Source of the DNA: Promethearchaeota archaeon | GTDB lineage: Archaea > Asgardarchaeota > Lokiarchaeia > Sigyniarchaeales > SOKP01 | DNA: 52,924 nt | NCBI GenBank assembly: GCA_018238625.1 | Contig: JABCSY010000016.1 | Span: 1 to 52,924 of the forward strand | Reading direction: 5' to 3' | Shown here: one piece after another, positions 50,612 to 52,924 of the stretch | Numbering within the stretch: the stretch's first letter is position 1 | How the letters are laid out: each line of letters opens with the position of its first letter | Translations under genes and position numbers: made by a program | The notes under the pieces: model-generated | Database searches by the model: none | Told to the model about the DNA's origin: nothing | What the model saw: the letters and a program-made list of their open reading frames with translations, nothing else

Positions 50612-51415
50612 ATGTCAGAAGATAAATTTTTAACAAATAAAGTCGTCTTAATTACGGGGGCTGGGAGTGGGTTCGGAAGAGCTTTTGCAGTCGCCTTTGC
50701 AAATAAAGGGGCAAATTTAGTATTAAACGACATAAATATGAAGGGTCTTGAAGAAACGCGTGATTTGGTTTTAAAAGATAATAATGTGGAAATACTTCTC
50801 GCTCAAGCAGATATTTCAAAGTTAGAAGAAGTCGAAAGAATGAAAAAGTTAGTGTTTGAAAAGTTTGATAATGTATTTATATTGATTAATAACGCTGGAA
50901 TTGATGGTGGTGCATATAAATCGCTCTCTGCATCAGAAGAAACATACGATAAAGTTATGGGGATCAATGCTAAAGGTACTTGGAATGTGACTAAGACTTT
51001 TTTTAGAAAAATGAAAAGCCAAAGACAATTCAAACCAATTCGGGCTAAAATCATCAATATTGCATCCTGTGCTGGAACAACGAATGGAATAAATCCAATG
51101 TTAGGCATATATAGCGCTTCTAAAGCCACAGTTATTGCGTTTACAAAACTTTGGGCTTTGGAACTTGGCCCAGTTGATATAACTGTCAACGCTTTATCAC
51201 CGGGCGTGTTCCTTACTCCAATATACGATAACGATCCTAAAAAAATACGACAATTCCTAGAAACGAGAGGCGTTAAAATCCCTATAGACAAAATTGGAGA
51301 CTCCAAATGGGTGGCAGATCTCGCCCTATTCTTAGCCTCCCCAACTGCTAACTACATAACTGGTCAAAACATAGTCTTAGACGGCGGAATGACCGTATCA
51401 ATCAATAAATTATAA
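50612..51415 (+). CDS. short-chain dehydrogenase/reductase (SDR)
   Basis: TGAGSGFG, NNAG, YSASK, VNALSPG, ITGQ..LDGG. Confidence 0.95.
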   Translation: MSEDKFLTNKVVLITGAGSGFGRAFAVAFANKGANLVLNDINMKGLEETRDLVLKDNNVEILLAQADISKLEEVERMKKLVFEKFDNVFILINNAGIDGGAYKSLSASEETYDKVMGINAKGTWNVTKTFFRKMKSQRQFKPIRAKIINIASCAGTTNGINPMLGIYSASKATVIAFTKLWALELGPVDITVNALSPGVFLTPIYDNDPKKIRQFLETRGVKIPIDKIGDSKWVADLALFLASPTANYITGQNIVLDGGMTVSINKL

Positions 51416-51596
51416 ATTAGTCTATCAAACATCTTTAAAATCATAATTTTCTAATATTTTAATAATATTTTCTTTTGATTAATGGATTTGGAATAGATTA
51501 AACCCAAAATGAGTCTTTAAATTACAAAAAAAGTAAAAAATCAATATTAAATCGAATTTATCAATTGTAGAGATTTAAAAAATAAGATAAAATATG

Positions 51597-51619
51597 TGAT
51601 GCTCTTATAAAAAGCATCA
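51597..51619 (-). terminator. hairpin after micropeptide 3
   Basis: Minus strand TGATGCTTT-TTATA-AGAGCATCA, 9-bp stem with one G-U pair. Confidence 0.6.
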
Positions 51620-51621
51620 TT

Positions 51622-51651
51622 TTATGGAAATACATCAGGTTGACCAGGCAT
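51622..51651 (-). CDS. 9-aa micropeptide MPGQPDVFP
   Basis: Minus strand ATG CCT GGT CAA CCT GAT GTA TTT CCA TAA; preceded by GAGTGGG. Confidence 0.75.
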   Translation of the reverse strand: MPGQPDVFP

Positions 51652-51734
51652 TTTTTCCCACTCTATTTGTTATGTGAATTGTTTTTAACAGTTTATCTTA
51701 AGTTTTTTTGAACCAATTTATTAATTGATAAAAT

Positions 51735-51745
51735 TTATTTAAACT
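51735..51745 (-). promoter_or_regulatory. TATA-like AGTTTAAATAA box upstream of micropeptide 3
   Basis: Same 11-mer on the minus strand, 94 nt before ATG 51651. Confidence 0.5.
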
Positions 51746-51812
51746 CCTAAAAAAAGAGATAACCCTTTTATTTTTTAGAGTTATTTTTAATGAAAAAATT
51801 TTTGATAGAAAC

Positions 51813-52922
51813 TTATGCTAAATCGGAGGGGAGAATTGGATTAATAAGCAGGTCTCGAAAATCTTTAACCGAAGGAAAATTCCCATGTTTGTTTATTATG
51901 AGTTTGCTTCCTATATTATATGAGAAAGCTGTAGTTGAATATACTGGATTAAATAATAATTTTATTCGATTTTTTATATTTTCTTGTCTAAAGATTTCAA
52001 AACTGGTTCCGTATCGAATTAATTTCTCTTCGTTCCACCCGTTTATAAGAGCGTGGTAGGCGAGATTATACCCGAAAAGCGATAATTTTACTTTTACTTT
52101 GCTTTGCGCTATTAATTCTTCAATAGAAGATTCTTTTAATGAGTCTAGACAAAATTCTCGCAAGTTAATTTCTGTTTGGTCTCGATAAGAAAAAAGCACA
52201 TTAATTGCGACATCTGCTATTCCTTCGCAAATTATTAATTTGGGCGAGTTCAGTAGTAAGATTGAGTGTTCAAATTGATTTAACTCGCGATATAGCCTCT
52301 GTTCTTTGACAACAAATTCTGTATGATGGCCAGGATATCCTTCGTGAGCGGCAGCAGACAAAAAAGCAGTCCAATACATGTTATAATTCGGGTTAACCTC
52401 TATTCGGGAGCGAAAATTACCCTTGTACCAATTATAATAAGACCATTTTGCTTCATTATTGTTTTTCTTTTTTACTAGCTCTATATTAATATGCTCATTT
52501 TCAGGTAAGAGATCGACAAACAATTCTTTAGTTCGCTCTCTCGTGATGTCGAGAGCTTTTTTAAATAGTTCAAAAACCTTACTCTCATGAACAGTTCGTC
52601 GTACTCTTAAATCACTCATTCGTTTTTCTAAACTTCCAGGACCGCCATACGCTGCGTTAAACTCTTCTTTTAAGTTATCTAATTCAGATTCGTTAGCTGG
52701 CTGTAAGACCACATCATATAACCTTAGAAATTGTTCCTTAAAGGGTATTTCGACTCCGTTTAAGATCTCGATCGAAGTCCTCATCGCCGTTAACATTTTT
52801 TCTATGTATCGCTCGCGTTTTTTATCGTAACCTTGTTTAAACAAACCTTTTTGTAAAGCTTTGCAATCGGTTAGAAGTTTGTTTGGTGAAGTTAAAACCT
52901 CATTGTCAACGATTTTACGAAT
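51813..52922 (-). CDS. DUF885-like zincin metallopeptidase, copy 2 (5' end beyond window)
   Basis: AHEGYPGHHTE, CEGIAD; colinear close paralog of 27819..29030; frame open to the window edge (IRKIVDNEVLTSPNKLL). Confidence 0.85.
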   Translation of the reverse strand: MRKIVDNEVLTSPNKLLTDCKALQKGLFKQGYDKKRERYIEKMLTAMRTSIEILNGVEIPFKEQFLRLYDVVLQPANESELDNLKEEFNAAYGGPGSLEKRMSDLRVRRTVHESKVFELFKKALDITRERTKELFVDLLPENEHINIELVKKKNNNEAKWSYYNWYKGNFRSRIEVNPNYNMYWTAFLSAAAHEGYPGHHTEFVVKEQRLYRELNQFEHSILLLNSPKLIICEGIADVAINVLFSYRDQTEINLREFCLDSLKESSIEELIAQSKVKVKLSLFGYNLAYHALINGWNEEKLIRYGTSFEIFRQENIKNRIKLLFNPVYSTTAFSYNIGSKLIINKHGNFPSVKDFRDLLINPILPSDLA

Positions 52923-52924
52923 TT

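Noticed and set aside
50803-51306. 167-aa antisense ORF and other short overlapping ORFs in the track (e.g. 39474-39893, 19951-20298, 34855-35205, 51790-52059)
   Set aside because: They overlap well-supported genes on the other strand or frame and carry no recognisable motifs.

Overview
Very AT-rich archaeal DNA whose gene content fits an Asgard (Lokiarchaeia-like) genome: Cdc6/Orc1, TFB, class I LysRS, ABCE1, archaeosine TGT, RNase P Pop5/Rpp30, Rqc2/NEMF, plus Roadblock, V4R and EMC6-like proteins. The taxonomy is an inference from gene content. Most of the window is housekeeping (uL3-uL4-uL23, tRNA-Ile, tRNA-Arg, a tRNA-modification cluster, trpB2, pyrI), with a dispersed Tad/Flp-type pilus system. 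The strongest unannotated signal is three 9-codon micro-ORFs (MPGQVGTTP, MPGRGTVTP, MPGQPDVFP; consensus M-P-G-x5-P). Each has a purine-rich SD-like tract, the same upstream AGTTTAAATAA box and a 3' hairpin. They sit downstream of, and co-oriented with, both copies of a DUF885-like HExxPGHH metallopeptidase, suggesting a candidate peptidase/micropeptide system. Other notable items are a Trp-rich leader peptide with terminator-like hairpin upstream of trpB2, a Roadblock gene with no canonical start codon, and a bacterial-looking first ~1 kb (chimera or HGT). All family calls come from motif recognition by eye; no searches were run.
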